64,000 nucleotides of DNA from Haliotis rubra (taxonomy: Eukaryota), in contig NW_025766990.1 of NCBI RefSeq assembly GCF_003918875.1, positions 930,001-994,000 on the forward strand. The letters are read 5' to 3'. A program made the position numbers and the translations under genes. Within the stretch, counting starts at the first letter, position 1. The number at the start of each line of letters is the position of its first letter. Under the pieces are notes generated by a model. It made no database searches. It had not been told where the DNA came from and saw only the letters and a list, made by a program, of their open reading frames with translations. This document shows positions 62,112 through 64,000 of the stretch, one piece after another.

Positions 62112-63071
62112 GATATGATATATACTGATATTCATGTGTATCCTATAATAGGAAGGTTCCTTGGCAACACGGTATCTGTTGGGCCATTATCGGATATTTC
62201 CGATCTAGTTGATCAAGTTGGCTTCTGGGTTAATTATTAGTAAAATAGGTTTATTTATCAAAATTAGCTTTTGACCGAAAATAAGAATCTAACAAGGGCG
62301 TACATGAGGCCTTTGTAAGTGTAGGTAATTTTGAAAACATAAAGTACGAGCCAGTTTTAGAGCGGACAGTAACGGTCGCCTCTCGTGCCCATTTCTGTAG
62401 CTGTGTCTGTAGTCATCTGGAGTTTTGTGGATCTTATCCAATCTTATTCCAATTCCAGCCTGAAACTATTGGATGTGTTACATATATTTTACCTCCATTT
62501 TGTCTTTGTGTGGACCCTCTAGAGGTATATCTTTATGACCGGCTGCCAGAGTAGATACTCTAGCGGTTTCAGTTGTGAGTAGCCCTTCCTGACGTGAGAG
62601 CCGAATCATGTCAAGAACCTTTCATTGAGTTGAAAACATTATCAGAACAACTTTCAATCTGGTCTGTATCCTTGAAATGTACAGCAATACAATGACGCCT
62701 TTCAGTGTAAATTTCGAATTCACATAATGAAAAACATCTGTTCGAAATCGGCGTGTTGGGCCATATTCACATCACGTTGTGAATGGCCATGGAATAATCA
62801 TTTTCTAAATCCATATATAACCATACAGCCCGGTTCCCAAAAATATGTCCCCAAACGGAATACCCTTTTCTGTTCTTTAATGATATATATCAGTGTATAT
62901 ATCGCAATTGTGTCAGTAATTTGCTGAACTGTTCATGACGTTGTTGAGTTTATGGTTTTTTTTTAAGTGTAATTAAAAATCCCGAAGACAAATGACCGTT
63001 TTATTAATCAACAGAATCCGTTTCAAATCTGTGTAACGAACCATTATCGTTTTTGGTTTGCATTACAAGTT

Positions 63072-63985
63072 TTAGCCAATTATGTTTGGACTTGAGTGAC
63101 ACTGCTGTTGACACTTGTCGGAGAAGTCCATCTGGTCACAGAATGTCACGTGACAAGTGATGTAGATGCCGTCCTGTTCATTGGGGATGTCAAACATGTC
63201 AAACTTAAACCTGGTCACGGAGTTCCTCGTCACGAGGATCTGAGTACGAGCAGCCACGGCACACCTGGAAATATAACAAGAACGTTTCCAAAGCCAGATT
63301 GAACAATTGTAAAAAACTTCATATTTTCTTATGATTTTTCGTAATCAAATGTTATTTACACGTATTTTGATGTTTAAAAATAACTTGACCTGCTGCAAGT
63401 AACACGAACTCGGAAGTAAATTTAAATATATAACAACTTGTATTCCGAAGATTACATCCTGTACGGAATAATGTTACAAGAGTGATTTTCCAATTGTAGG
63501 AGCGCAGAGGAACGTAACGGGTTTTTTTAAGAAAAGAAGGACACATATCAAAAACCTTTTCTTCAGATGCAAAGTCACCTCACTCACCCATCTGTAATGA
63601 GAGGATAAGATGCTTGTTTCCCCGGAACACTGTCAAGGTGGGCGTCACATGATCGTAACACCATTATTGTATTGGAAGTCCCTGGCGAGGCAACTTCAAC
63701 GTACACAGGTGCTCCAATCTTATTGTGAATCAAATTGCCCTTCAAAAGGTGCATATATGATGCATCTTGGTACAGGGATATATGGACGCTGGATCCTTGC
63801 ACCTGTCCAGATGTTGAGCCATGTGCAGTTGTATTTAAATCAGGGTAAAGGTGAACAGAGTCCGTCCCATCCACTGGTTCAGAGCAGCTGACATCATGAA
63901 CCCAGATGACATCTCGAACCAAATGATCGGTCCATGGTAGTGCATACGCCAAGGTATTCTTAAACGTAACCATTCCTTTGGATAC
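63072..63985 (-). CDS. Zona pellucida (ZP) domain protein, last two visible exons (63985..63588, 63264..63072); 5' part lies outside the window
   Basis: ISLYQDASY, IGAPVYVEV, MVLRSCDAH, YPLITDG|CAV, TRFKFDMF, IYITCHVTFC...C...C give the ZP-C cysteine pattern; donor GG|GTGAGT and acceptor TTCCAG|G are phase-compatible. Confidence 0.9.
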
Positions 63986-64000
63986 CTGAATAATGTAGAG

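Overview
AT-rich, repeat-dense animal genomic DNA with spliceosomal introns. The SINE set and the ZP gene suggest a gastropod mollusc such as abalone (inferred from recalled repeat families, not from a search). Five host genes are supported: (1) a multi-exon Schlafen-like gene on + (15324..>=20616) whose spliced frame contains one in-frame TAG at the end of the AlbA_2 domain; (2) an intronless RimK/alpha-L-glutamate-ligase-type ATP-grasp gene on - (34129..35043) that looks bacterial but sits behind a splice acceptor among host SINEs, making it a horizontal-transfer candidate, with a deleted tandem paralog; (3,4) two divergently oriented single-exon genes (50344..51741 -, 58504..59628 +) sharing an E-x2-A-x2-KNR-x5-LN-x2-L motif; (5) the 3' exons of a ZP-domain gene at the right edge. 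The rest is Tc1/mariner elements, LINE remnants, Penelope-like remnants carrying U3-A8 hammerhead ribozyme variants, at least four SINE types (one with a pseudoknotted non-tRNA head), CWG-target MITEs, two segmental duplications and a 2-kb G-rich minisatellite. All coordinates were read by eye, so repeat boundaries are approximate.
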